Shown one piece after another: positions 19,909 through 31,567 of a stretch of DNA of 64,000 bases. The position numbers and the translations under genes are program-made. Origin of the DNA: Gemmatimonas sp. (GTDB lineage: Bacteria; Gemmatimonadota; Gemmatimonadetes; Gemmatimonadales; Gemmatimonadaceae); NCBI GenBank assembly GCA_965279375.1, contig OZ257156.1:2720001-2784000 (forward strand). Direction: 5' to 3'. The notes beneath the pieces were generated by a model, which saw only the letters and a program-made list of their open reading frames with translations, was not told the origin of the DNA and did no database searches. How positions within the stretch are numbered: the stretch's first letter is position 1; each line of letters opens with the position of its first letter.

Positions 19909-21585
19909 TCAGGGTTTGCTCCCCGCGGCGCGCTTCAAGGTATCCGAGCGCTGCTCCGTCGAAATCGTCCAGTCGGCAAGGTTGGCATACCAGGCGTCGG
20001 CGCGCAGCGGTGCGTTCTTGAAGCGCTTGTTGATCGCAACGGGCGTCCGCTCTTCGTACAGCCAGAGACCGGGCTGATCATCGATCATGCGTTGCAGCAC
20101 GCGCGTCCACACTTGCGCGCTCGCCACAGGATTGAACGTGGTGAGGGCGGTGTCGAGCAGCGCGTCGAACTCAGGCGAGTTGTAGTGCCCGTAGTTCATG
20201 GATCCACGGCTGCCCCAGACCTGTCCCATTCCGAGTCGGCCCGGAGTCACGCCGAACGCGCTGACGAAGCTGTCGAACCGGGACGAGTCCGCGCGCTGGC
20301 CGATCACAGCGCCGGGCAACACACGCACGCGCACCTCGACGCCGAGAGGCCGGAGTTGCTCCTGCATCAACACGGCGTAGCGCTGGCCGGCCATGCTCGA
20401 CTGCATGGCGAGCATTTCGAATGAGAGTGGCTTGCCGTTCCGTCGGCGCACGCTGTCGCCTGCGGCCAGCGTCCACCCCGCGGAGTCGAGGAGCGCGCGC
20501 GCCGCGGCGGGGTCGAACGGCAACTGCTTCAGCGCGGCGGTGTCGGGGATCAGCACGCGCGGTGTGGGCGCGAGCGCCGGAGCGCCGAGTGTGTCGAACA
20601 CGTTGCGGGCCATGCGCGCACGATCGACCGCCATCGCCAGCGCGCGCCGCACGCGTACGTCGCCAAAGATCGGGTGTGGCTCGGACGTGGCGCCCGCGCG
20701 CAGGTTGAGCGCGAGGTAGCCGTACTTGAGCGGATGCGCCGATTCGAGGCGCAGAGCGGGTGCCCGCGCGACATCGGCAAGATTTTCAGCGCGGATGGCC
20801 TCGTAAAAATCGGCCTCGCCATTGAACAGGCGGAGTGTGGCGGCCGCATGCTCCGTGGTGAAGGAAAAGATCACGTGATCAAGCTTGGCACGAGTGCGAT
20901 AGTTGGCGCTGTCGGCGTCGAGCTGCAGACGAACTGCCGGCTCCCACGACGCGAAGCGAAAGCGCCCGGTGCCGATGGGGTGCCGCGAGAATGCCGACTT
21001 CGCAAGCGTTGCCTTGCTGACCGTGTCGAGCAGATGCGATGGCAGGATGTACATGTGGTACGTCGCATCGAAAAACTGGTGCGGAAGGCGACGCTTGAAC
21101 CAGAAGACGGCGGTGAGCGAGTCCCGCACGGACACCGAGTCGATGTTGCCGAGCAGCGAACGTGTGTCGGAGTTGACGCTGTCGGAGGTGTAGGCCTCGA
21201 AGGTGAAGCGAACGTCCTTTGCACGCACCGGCGCCCCGTCGTGCCAGCGCGCGAGCGAGTCGAGGGTGAACGCGATCGAGAGCGAATCGGCCGCCCAGGC
21301 CCAGCGCGCGGCGAGGCGCGGTGTGTAGCCGTGGTCACCCGTGACCGAGAGCGAATCGCCGATGTTGGCGAGTCGATCGAAGACCGCGTCGACGATCGGA
21401 GCGCCCGCGGTGCTGCTCAGCGACGGCGGAAACAGCGTGTTCGGCTCGGCGGGCTGCACGACAACCATCGTGCCGCCGACGTCGCTCGCGGAGGGCGTCG
21501 GCCTTTTTTCGCGGCAGGCGATGGCCAGCAGCAGCACGGTAGCCAGTGCGGTTCGCGCGGCCGCGCGCGAGGCGGTGCGGGTCAT
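19909..21585 (-). CDS. oppA: Peptide ABC transporter substrate-binding lipoprotein (SBP family 5)
   Basis: Lipobox LAIAC, RWHDGAPVRAKDVRFT, PIGTGRF, DVRVRRALAMAVDR. Start estimated at ATG 21585. Confidence 0.9.
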   Translation of the reverse strand: MTRTASRAAARTALATVLLLAIACREKRPTPSASDVGGTMVVVQPAEPNTLFPPSLSSTAGAPIVDAVFDRLANIGDSLSVTGDHGYTPRLAARWAWAADSLSIAFTLDSLARWHDGAPVRAKDVRFTFEAYTSDSVNSDTRSLLGNIDSVSVRDSLTAVFWFKRRLPHQFFDATYHMYILPSHLLDTVSKATLAKSAFSRHPIGTGRFRFASWEPAVRLQLDADSANYRTRAKLDHVIFSFTTEHAAATLRLFNGEADFYEAIRAENLADVARAPALRLESAHPLKYGYLALNLRAGATSEPHPIFGDVRVRRALAMAVDRARMARNVFDTLGAPALAPTPRVLIPDTAALKQLPFDPAAARALLDSAGWTLAAGDSVRRRNGKPLSFEMLAMQSSMAGQRYAVLMQEQLRPLGVEVRVRVLPGAVIGQRADSSRFDSFVSAFGVTPGRLGMGQVWGSRGSMNYGHYNSPEFDALLDTALTTFNPVASAQVWTRVLQRMIDDQPGLWLYEERTPVAINKRFKNAPLRADAWYANLADWTISTEQRSDTLKRAAGSKP

Positions 21586-21659
21586 AGCGGTCGGAAAGAG
21601 GTCGTCGAACGGTCTGTTGCGCATGGACGGCACCGGCGGGGTACGATGCGGAGTGTGGG

Positions 21660-22616
21660 TCATCGGCGCCAGAGCCATTCAGGGCTCTCGACGTCACGTT
21701 CGGCGTGCGATACTCGGGCGAGGAAGGAGGGTGCTGTCGGGTCGAACAGCGCGAGGCTGCCGTGCGACGGCACTTTCGCGATCAGTGTACGCTCCAGCGT
21801 TCGCTCCAGCGCCTGCTCCAGAGCCAGAACAACGGTGCCCCACGTGGGCGTGTCCCGCGCGGCCCGAGCACTCCATTCGCTGAGGCTCGCGGCAGGCGGC
21901 AGCGCGTCGGCCGATGCTCTGGCGGGCTGACACATCGCGCTCAGCAGCCGCGGTTGATCGTCGTGCAGCAGGATGCTGCCGTGCTGCAGGTAGGCGCCCC
22001 CTTCGCGCCAGACCGAGCTGCCGACCAGCTTCGCGCCGTGAAGCATGATTTCCCCCGCCGAGGGCAGGGCAAAGCAGAGAGGCCCGTCTGGACGCGTCGC
22101 CGCCGTGCTGTCGTCGGCAACGAGTGTGGCGGGCACGCCCAGCTGGCGCAGCGCATCGAGCAGGATGCGATTGACCGCGTCGTAGGCGTGTCGCCAAGGC
22201 ACATTCGTGGGGAGCGGCATGGTGACGCTGTACGTGACCTCCCTCGCGTGCAGCAGGGCGCGACCGCCGGTGGGGCGGCGCACGACGTCGAGTCCTGCCG
22301 CAGCGACGGAGGCCGCGTCGAAGCGGCCGCGCACCGACTCGTTGCGGCCGAAGGAGATCGAGGGGCGCTCCCACGCATAGCACCGCCACACCCCCTCCTG
22401 CTCGCCCTGCGCGCGGGCCAGCAGCGCGAGATCGATGGCCATGTTCTTGGCTGCGCTCGCGGGCTCCGACCGCCACGTCCGCCAATGCCGCGGCAGCGCG
22501 TCGATGTCGCTCTGCTCGACGCCCGTGGCAACGCGCGGTCCGGACTGGGCGGCGTTGGCCGGCGCCCGGTGATCTGGTGGCGCGGGAGGATCGATCGGTC
22601 GAAGGTTGGTAGGCAC
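21660..22616 (-). CDS. Lipoate-protein ligase family enzyme, LipM-like octanoyltransferase
   Basis: C-terminal ~320 aa of the 1084-aa track ORF: NMAIDLALL, VVRRPTGGRALLH, LCFALPS, KLVGS, LQHGSI. No LplA C-terminal domain. Start uncertain. Confidence 0.82.
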   Translation of the reverse strand: MPTNLRPIDPPAPPDHRAPANAAQSGPRVATGVEQSDIDALPRHWRTWRSEPASAAKNMAIDLALLARAQGEQEGVWRCYAWERPSISFGRNESVRGRFDAASVAAAGLDVVRRPTGGRALLHAREVTYSVTMPLPTNVPWRHAYDAVNRILLDALRQLGVPATLVADDSTAATRPDGPLCFALPSAGEIMLHGAKLVGSSVWREGGAYLQHGSILLHDDQPRLLSAMCQPARASADALPPAASLSEWSARAARDTPTWGTVVLALEQALERTLERTLIAKVPSHGSLALFDPTAPSFLARVSHAERDVESPEWLWRR

Positions 22617-22766
22617 GGCGGTTAAGTTTACTGCCGGGTCACGATCAAGGTCGTGGCCGACGTCGCAGCGCGCACCGGTTCGATATCCACGAGCGGACCG
22701 TGTGCGCACCTCGTTCCGATACCCGACGCAATTGACCGGGCGGCAGCCCGATCTTCGAGGATGGTC

Positions 22767-25655
<2,889 letters not shown>

Positions 25656-25671
25656 TCTCGGCGGAAACGCA

Positions 25672-25706
25672 AACGGGGCGACGGAGATCTTCTCCGTCGC
25701 CCCGTT
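25672..25706. terminator. Bidirectional intrinsic terminator between gcvP and gcvH
   Basis: Perfect 16-bp stem AACGGGGCGACGGAGA-tct-TCTCCGTCGCCCCGTT. Confidence 0.88.
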
Positions 25707-25722
25707 GTTCTTTCCGTCCCCC

Positions 25723-26109
25723 TTACTCGCCGAGCTGCGCCTTGTATTCGTCGGCGGTCATGAGGCCGGCGTCGCCGTTGGGTGCCAGCTTCACCTTGAT
25801 CATCCACCCGCCTTCGTACGGCTCGGTGTTGATGAGCGCGGGCTCGCCATCGAGACGCGCGTTCACTTCCACCACTTCGCCCACGACGGGCATGAACAGT
25901 TCGGAGACGGCCTTTACCGCTTCTACGGTGCCGAAGACGTCGTGCGCGCCGTAGCTGCTGCCGACCTTGGGCAGCTCGACAAACACGATGTCACCGAGCT
26001 CGCCCTGTGCGAAGTCCGTGATGCCGATTGCCACGACGCCCGCGTCTGCGGTTGTCTTGACGTATTCGTGGTCCTTCGTATAGCGCAGGTCGCCGGGGAT
26101 ATTCGACAC
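25723..26109 (-). CDS. gcvH: Glycine cleavage system H protein
   Basis: YTKDHEY, GITDFAQGELGDIVFVELP, lipoyl site EAVKA, PYEGGW. Confidence 0.97.
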   Translation of the reverse strand: MSNIPGDLRYTKDHEYVKTTADAGVVAIGITDFAQGELGDIVFVELPKVGSSYGAHDVFGTVEAVKAVSELFMPVVGEVVEVNARLDGEPALINTEPYEGGWMIKVKLAPNGDAGLMTADEYKAQLGE

Positions 26110-26112
26110 GAT

Positions 26113-26739
26113 TTACTCCGATGGTGTTGGAGGAACGGAGACGGGTAGTGACTGCATGGCATGCCAGACATCGGCGACACGCACCGCAAGCTGCTCACGT
26201 GAGCCGTCGTTGTCGATGACCCAGGTGGAAGCGGCGCGCTTTTGAGCGGACGGCCACTGGGCGTCGATCATCGCCTGCGCCTCCGCTTGCGGAAGATGGC
26301 GGTCGTGCATCAGCCGGGCGAGCCGGAGGGGCACGGGCGCATCGACGAGGACGATGCCGTCGAAGGCGTGCTCCAGCCCGACTTCGAAGAGCAGCGGGAT
26401 GTCCGAGATCACGACGGCGTCGCCGCGGGCGCGGGCGGCGGCCAGCCGTTCGTCACGCAGACGGCCTACCGCCGGATGGACGATGCCATTGACCACATCG
26501 CGTGCAGCGGCGTCGGCAAAGACTCGGCGCCGAAGGGCGGCGCGGTCGATCGTCCCGTCCGGCAACAGTACGCCGGTACCAAAGTGCTCGACGACGCGCT
26601 CGTGGCCGGATGTGCCGAGCGCCACGACCTCGCGTGCCAGTACGTCGGCATCGATGATCGTGGCGCCCATGGCCGCCAGCAGGGTCGAGACGGCGCTCTT
26701 TCCGCTGGCGATGTTGCCTGTGAGGCCGAAGTGACGCAT
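26113..26739 (-). CDS. coaE: Dephospho-CoA kinase
   Basis: GLTGNIASGKS, IIDAD, IDRAALR, IVHPAV, DIPLLFE. Confidence 0.96.
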   Translation of the reverse strand: MRHFGLTGNIASGKSAVSTLLAAMGATIIDADVLAREVVALGTSGHERVVEHFGTGVLLPDGTIDRAALRRRVFADAAARDVVNGIVHPAVGRLRDERLAAARARGDAVVISDIPLLFEVGLEHAFDGIVLVDAPVPLRLARLMHDRHLPQAEAQAMIDAQWPSAQKRAASTWVIDNDGSREQLAVRVADVWHAMQSLPVSVPPTPSE

Positions 26740-26792
26740 CGCCGAAAGCTAGGGCGAGGCGTTTGGGGGCACTACCCCGCGTGGTGCCGTGC

Positions 26793-27608
26793 TTAGGCGG
26801 CCACGCTCTCCGTCAGGTCGTCTTCGTGGCTATCGATCTGACGGCGCTTCTCGCGATTGACGAGCAGCTCGGAGATCACCCAGCTCGCTCCACCCTTGAC
26901 GCGAATCTGGTGTGGCGTGCACCCCAGGTAGCGCTGGCAGGTGTTGCGGAAGGCGCTGCCCGACGGGAAGTCGAGCGCACTGGCCACACCATCAGCAGAC
27001 CGCGAGCCGTCCTCGAGCATGCTGGCGGCGACGATCAGTCGTCCCCACGTGAGCAGCTGATGCGGCGGCGGCAGCTGCGCGCCTTCGAGTCGCTTCGAGA
27101 GCAGGCGACGGGAGACCGCGATCAGACGGGCGAGGCTGTCCGGCGTGAGGCGCTCGTGCGCCCTCGTGACCGACAGCATGACGGCGTCTCGCACCACACT
27201 GCGCAGTCCGGCCAGATGCGGCTTGAGCAGACTGGAGACGCTGCGCGCTTCGGCCTGATCGAGCAGTGCGGCGAGCATCGTCGGTGTGTCGGTTTCTTCC
27301 GCAACCACCAGTACATCGATGCCGCAACGACCGGCGTCGAACATGTCCTTGGCGCGTTCGCGTGTCACATCGACGTATGCGACCAGCGCCGCGCGCGGCA
27401 CACGCACACGCAGCTGTCGCACGCGTTCGAAATCGGCACGACCGTCCACGTACAGATCGAAGACAACCACATTGATCGGGCCCCGTTCACAGGCACGCGT
27501 CAAGGAAGTCCAGTCTTCGCACGGCACGAAGCGATACCGATCACGCGCGGCGCTACGCAGCCGGGCGAGTCGGGGTTCGTGCGCCAAAAGCGTCGCGATT
27601 ACGCCCAT
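26793..27608 (-). CDS. AraC-type HTH regulator with receiver-like N-terminal domain
   Basis: From MGVIATLL: alpha/beta N-domain (VVVFDL); C-terminal 'VASALDFPSGSAFRNTCQRYLGCTP' AraC signature. Confidence 0.75.
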   Translation of the reverse strand: MGVIATLLAHEPRLARLRSAARDRYRFVPCEDWTSLTRACERGPINVVVFDLYVDGRADFERVRQLRVRVPRAALVAYVDVTRERAKDMFDAGRCGIDVLVVAEETDTPTMLAALLDQAEARSVSSLLKPHLAGLRSVVRDAVMLSVTRAHERLTPDSLARLIAVSRRLLSKRLEGAQLPPPHQLLTWGRLIVAASMLEDGSRSADGVASALDFPSGSAFRNTCQRYLGCTPHQIRVKGGASWVISELLVNREKRRQIDSHEDDLTESVAA

Positions 27609-27745
27609 GCGACAGTCACTGTTGGAGAGAGGGTTGACAACGAAAAAACCAGTTCGTGGAAAAGACGCACCCACTCGGAATGCGTCACAGCGTGTCACAA
27701 CGGGCGTGGTTTCCAGCGGGGCGTGATGCAGGCGCGGGCGTGCAC

Positions 27746-30700
27746 GTGACCCCACCGCGCGATACCTTGCAGCAAGATCATCGTCCTTTCTACGTGACGG
27801 ATTCAGCCCGCCTAGTGACTGCTCCACGTACCGCAGAGCAGAGTGCTCTCCTTGAGGTCGCCTTCGAGACGACGGACAGCGTGAAAGCGTTGCTCGCGCT
27901 CGATGGCACGTTGCTCGAGGCGAACGTGCGCGCACAGCAACTCGCTGCTGAGCCACTCGATGCACTGGTGGGTCGTCCGCTCTGGGAAGCGCGCGGCGTT
28001 CGTGTACTTGAAGGGCTGTCGGCGTGGCTGCAGGAGTCGTGCGGTCATGCGGCGGCGGGCGAAACCTCAACCCGCGTGTCGCAGCCATTTCATCAGGCGG
28101 ACAGCGAGCGGTACATGGATCTCTCCATGCGACTGGTAGAGGCCACGCCGAGGACAGCGGCCTTCGTGCTCCTGGAAGGGCGCGACGTGACAGCGCGCGT
28201 GCAGTCGCAGCATGCACTCGAAATGCGCGAGCGCAACGTGCGCCTGCTGACCGATCACATGCACGAGCTGCTGTATCTCGTGCGCATCGAAGCGGCGGGG
28301 GTGTATCGATGCGAATCGGTCAACCCGGCGTATCTCGCGGTCACGGGAATGCGCGAAGATCAGGTCGTCGGTCGCACGCCCGAGGATGTGTTGCCGCCCG
28401 ACGCCGCAGCGTTCGCGATTGAGCGGTACGAGGCGGCGATCGCGGCCGGCGAGCCGATCACGTACCGCGAGGACGTCACGCTGCCGACAGGCCGCGTTGT
28501 GGTGGAGACCTGTTTAACCCCGGTGCGCGATGTCACCGGCACGATTACGCACCTGCTGGGCCTCGCGCGCGACGTGACGGCCGAATCGGCCGCAGAGACG
28601 GTGGTGCAGGCGGCAGAGGCGCGCTTCCGCGCGGTGGCGGAGGCCGGGCTCGATGCCTTTGTGATGGTTCGCGCGGTGCGTGCAGCGGATGGGTCCGTGA
28701 GCGACTTCACCGTGGTGGATGCGAACACCCGTGCGGCGAAGATGGCCGCCGTGGAGACGTCGGCGTTGTCCGGCGCGTCGCTGCTGGAGGCGTTTCCGTA
28801 CAGTCGCGACACGGGGCTTTGGGAGGAGTGTTGCACGGTGCTGGTCACGCGCAATCCGCTCGAGAGTACGCGCTTCGCGCCATTGCCCGATCGCAGCGAT
28901 CGCTGGGTCCAGCGGCTCATTGTGCCGATCGAGAACGGCGTCGCCATCTCCTCTCGCGATGTCACGCGACAGCACACCGAGCAGCTTGCCCTCGAGGCGA
29001 GTGAAACGCGCCATCGCGAACTCTTCGAGTCGAACGGCGCCATTCAGTTGCTCGCGGACGCCGAAGACGCTCGCATCCTCGACGTCAATCCGGCGGCGGA
29101 ACAGTTCTATGGCTGGCCGCGCGAGACGATGCGCTCGATGCTTGCGACGGACCTCGAGGAGATCTCGCTGGAGGCGTGGCGGGCGCGGACGGGTTCGCTC
29201 GCCGTCGGCACCGGCGAGCGTCAGCTGCGCGAACATCGTGTGTCGAGCGGCGAGCATCGGCAGCTCGATACCTTCACCAGTCTGCTGCGCATCGCGGGCC
29301 GGCGGGCAGTGCACGTGATCGTGCAGGATGTGACCGATCGCGTGCGCGCCGAGGCGCAGCTGCGCGAATCGGAAACGCGGTTTCGAGCGGTCGTGTCGAG
29401 CATGCGCGAAGGCGTGGTGGTGCACGACGCAACGGGAGCGATTCGTCTCTGCAATCCGAGCGCCGAACGTATTCTCGGATTGTCCGACGCACAGATGCGC
29501 GGCCTCGAGCCGATCGACGGGCCGTGGCTCACCACTCGCGGTGACGGGTCGCCGTGGCCCACCGACACTCATCCGGCGATGCTCGCGCTGCAATCGGGCG
29601 AAGTGCAGCCGCGAACGGTCATGGGCGTGCAGGTGGGCGAGTTGCCGCCGCGATGGCTGTCGGTGAGCGCCGCGCCGCTTGCCCGTGCGGGCGATGCCAA
29701 GCCGTACGGCTCAGTCGCGGTCTTCTCCGACGTGACGGACGAACGCGAGGCACAGGAACGACTGCAGCAGGCGCAGAAGCTTGAAGCTGTCGGCCAGCTT
29801 GCCGGCGGTATCGCCCACGACTTCAACAACCTCCTCACGGTCATTCGCGGTGCAGCGGGATTCCTCGGCGAGTCGCTGACAGCCGATTCTCCGCTCCTGG
29901 GCGACGTGCGGTCCATCGAACGCGCGACGGAACGCGCGGAAGAGTTGACGCGGCGTCTGCTCGCCGTCGGGCGGCGTCAGTTGCTGCAACGGGTGCGCGT
30001 CGACCTCAACGACCTGTTGCATGAGCGCGCGGATGCGCTGCGTTCGAAAGAACTCCCCGGCTTGTCGGTGCAGCTCGAACTCGCGGCAACGCCGGTGATT
30101 GCGCTGCTCGATCGCACAAAGCTCGTGGACGCGCTCAACATGGTCGTCGAGAACTCGATCGCCGCGATGCCTGACGGCGGCACGTTGACGTTCGGGACCG
30201 CTATCGAAATGCGTGAGCGGCAAAGCGCGGGTAGCGTGAAGAACGTCGCGGAGCCTTTCGTCGTGCTGCGCGTAACCGATACCGGCGTGGGCATGCCCGA
30301 GGAGGTACGCCAGCGTCTCTTCGAGCCGTTCTTCTCCACGCAGCCCTTTGGCACGGGACGCGGTATCGATCTCGCGTCGGTGCACGGGCTGGTGTCGCAA
30401 TCGAAGGGATTCATCGAGTGCGAATCGGAGCCGGGCATCGGCACCACGCTGCGTCTGTACTTCCCGCAGGGAGCGCCATTGCGCGAGGCACGCGTCGACC
30501 CGCCTCGCAGCGGTGTCGTCAAACCGTCGCGCTGTGTCCTGGTGGTGGATGATGACGCGCTGATTCGCGACTTCGCGAAGCGGTCGCTGCAGAAGCTGGG
30601 CTATCCCGTGCTCACCGCCGAATCCGGCGCCGACGCGTTGGCGATGCTTGCCGCGAGCGGCAGCGTGATCGCGACGCTCGTCACTGACCTCACGATGCCG

Positions 30701-30895
30701 GAGATGAGCGGCATGGAGCTGATCGATCAGGTGCAGCGGCAGTGGCCCACGCTCCCGATCGTCGCCATCAGCGGATTTGCGGTCAACGCGAGTGTGCGAG
30801 ATGAACTCACCGCACGTCAGTTGATGTTCGTTGCCAAGCCCTTCACCAGCAGCATGCTCGGCGATGCCGTCGCCCGCGCCGTACAGGCGAGATAA
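27746..30895 (+). CDS. Hybrid sensor histidine kinase (about five PAS domains, HisKA, HATPase, REC), soluble
   Basis: Repeated PAS/PAC ends (RDVT, QDVT, SDVT), GGIAHDFNNLL H-box, DTGVGM, FEPFFST, REC motifs VVDDD/TDLTMP/KPF. Start estimated. Confidence 0.92.
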   Translation: MTPPRDTLQQDHRPFYVTDSARLVTAPRTAEQSALLEVAFETTDSVKALLALDGTLLEANVRAQQLAAEPLDALVGRPLWEARGVRVLEGLSAWLQESCGHAAAGETSTRVSQPFHQADSERYMDLSMRLVEATPRTAAFVLLEGRDVTARVQSQHALEMRERNVRLLTDHMHELLYLVRIEAAGVYRCESVNPAYLAVTGMREDQVVGRTPEDVLPPDAAAFAIERYEAAIAAGEPITYREDVTLPTGRVVVETCLTPVRDVTGTITHLLGLARDVTAESAAETVVQAAEARFRAVAEAGLDAFVMVRAVRAADGSVSDFTVVDANTRAAKMAAVETSALSGASLLEAFPYSRDTGLWEECCTVLVTRNPLESTRFAPLPDRSDRWVQRLIVPIENGVAISSRDVTRQHTEQLALEASETRHRELFESNGAIQLLADAEDARILDVNPAAEQFYGWPRETMRSMLATDLEEISLEAWRARTGSLAVGTGERQLREHRVSSGEHRQLDTFTSLLRIAGRRAVHVIVQDVTDRVRAEAQLRESETRFRAVVSSMREGVVVHDATGAIRLCNPSAERILGLSDAQMRGLEPIDGPWLTTRGDGSPWPTDTHPAMLALQSGEVQPRTVMGVQVGELPPRWLSVSAAPLARAGDAKPYGSVAVFSDVTDEREAQERLQQAQKLEAVGQLAGGIAHDFNNLLTVIRGAAGFLGESLTADSPLLGDVRSIERATERAEELTRRLLAVGRRQLLQRVRVDLNDLLHERADALRSKELPGLSVQLELAATPVIALLDRTKLVDALNMVVENSIAAMPDGGTLTFGTAIEMRERQSAGSVKNVAEPFVVLRVTDTGVGMPEEVRQRLFEPFFSTQPFGTGRGIDLASVHGLVSQSKGFIECESEPGIGTTLRLYFPQGAPLREARVDPPRSGVVKPSRCVLVVDDDALIRDFAKRSLQKLGYPVLTAESGADALAMLAASGSVIATLVTDLTMPEMSGMELIDQVQRQWPTLPIVAISGFAVNASVRDELTARQLMFVAKPFTSSMLGDAVARAVQAR

Positions 30896-30952
30896 CCGAC
30901 GCGCGCCGCAGCGCTGTCGCTGCGGCGTTGTACAGGTCGGGGTGGCGCTGGC

Positions 30953-31564
30953 CTAGAGCAGCTGTTGCTGCGCGGCGTCGCGGCGCGGTACGACGTGGCA
31001 TGCACGGCAGCGCGCTTCGTACGCGTCGGCCGCGCCCACCATGATGGTGGGCGAATCGTACGGCGCGGGCTTCCCGCCAATCAGGCGCTGATTGCGGCTC
31101 GCAGGTGAGCCGCACATGACGCAGATCGCGTGCAGCTTGTCCACGACTTCGGCCACCGCCATGAGCTGCGGCATCGCGCCGAACGGCTCGCCGCGGAAAT
31201 CCGAATCGATGCCGGCGAGAATCACGCGCCGGCCGCGATCCGCCAGCGTGGTGGCCACGCCGACGATGCCCGCGTCGAGAAACTGCGCCTCGTCGATGGC
31301 GATCACCTGCGCCATCGGATCGAGACGCAGCATGATCTGCGCGGCGGTGTCGACCGGAACGGCATCGTACGCGCGCCGGTCGTGGCTCGAGACCGCCCAC
31401 GCACCAGCGTAGCGGTCATCGAGATGCGACTTGAATACCTGCACCTTCTTGCGGGCGATGGTGGCCCGGCGAATGCGACGCAGCAACTCTTCCGTCTTGC
31501 CGCTGAACATCGACCCCGCAATGACCTCCATCCACCCGCCTGACGTCTGGAAGGCGCCGCTCAT
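30953..31564 (-). CDS. tdk: Thymidine kinase
   Basis: [25 protein letters not shown], Zn cysteines CVMC...CRAC. Confidence 0.97.
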   Translation of the reverse strand: MSGAFQTSGGWMEVIAGSMFSGKTEELLRRIRRATIARKKVQVFKSHLDDRYAGAWAVSSHDRRAYDAVPVDTAAQIMLRLDPMAQVIAIDEAQFLDAGIVGVATTLADRGRRVILAGIDSDFRGEPFGAMPQLMAVAEVVDKLHAICVMCGSPASRNQRLIGGKPAPYDSPTIMVGAADAYEARCRACHVVPRRDAAQQQLL

Positions 31565-31567
31565 GCG

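Noticed and set aside
22620..22766. Glycine riboswitch upstream of gcvP
   Set aside because: The conserved aptamer strings are absent, and the spacer is short for a tandem aptamer.
27634..27662. Sigma70 promoter at a perfect TTGACA
   Set aside because: No plausible -10 hexamer at 16-18 nt spacing.
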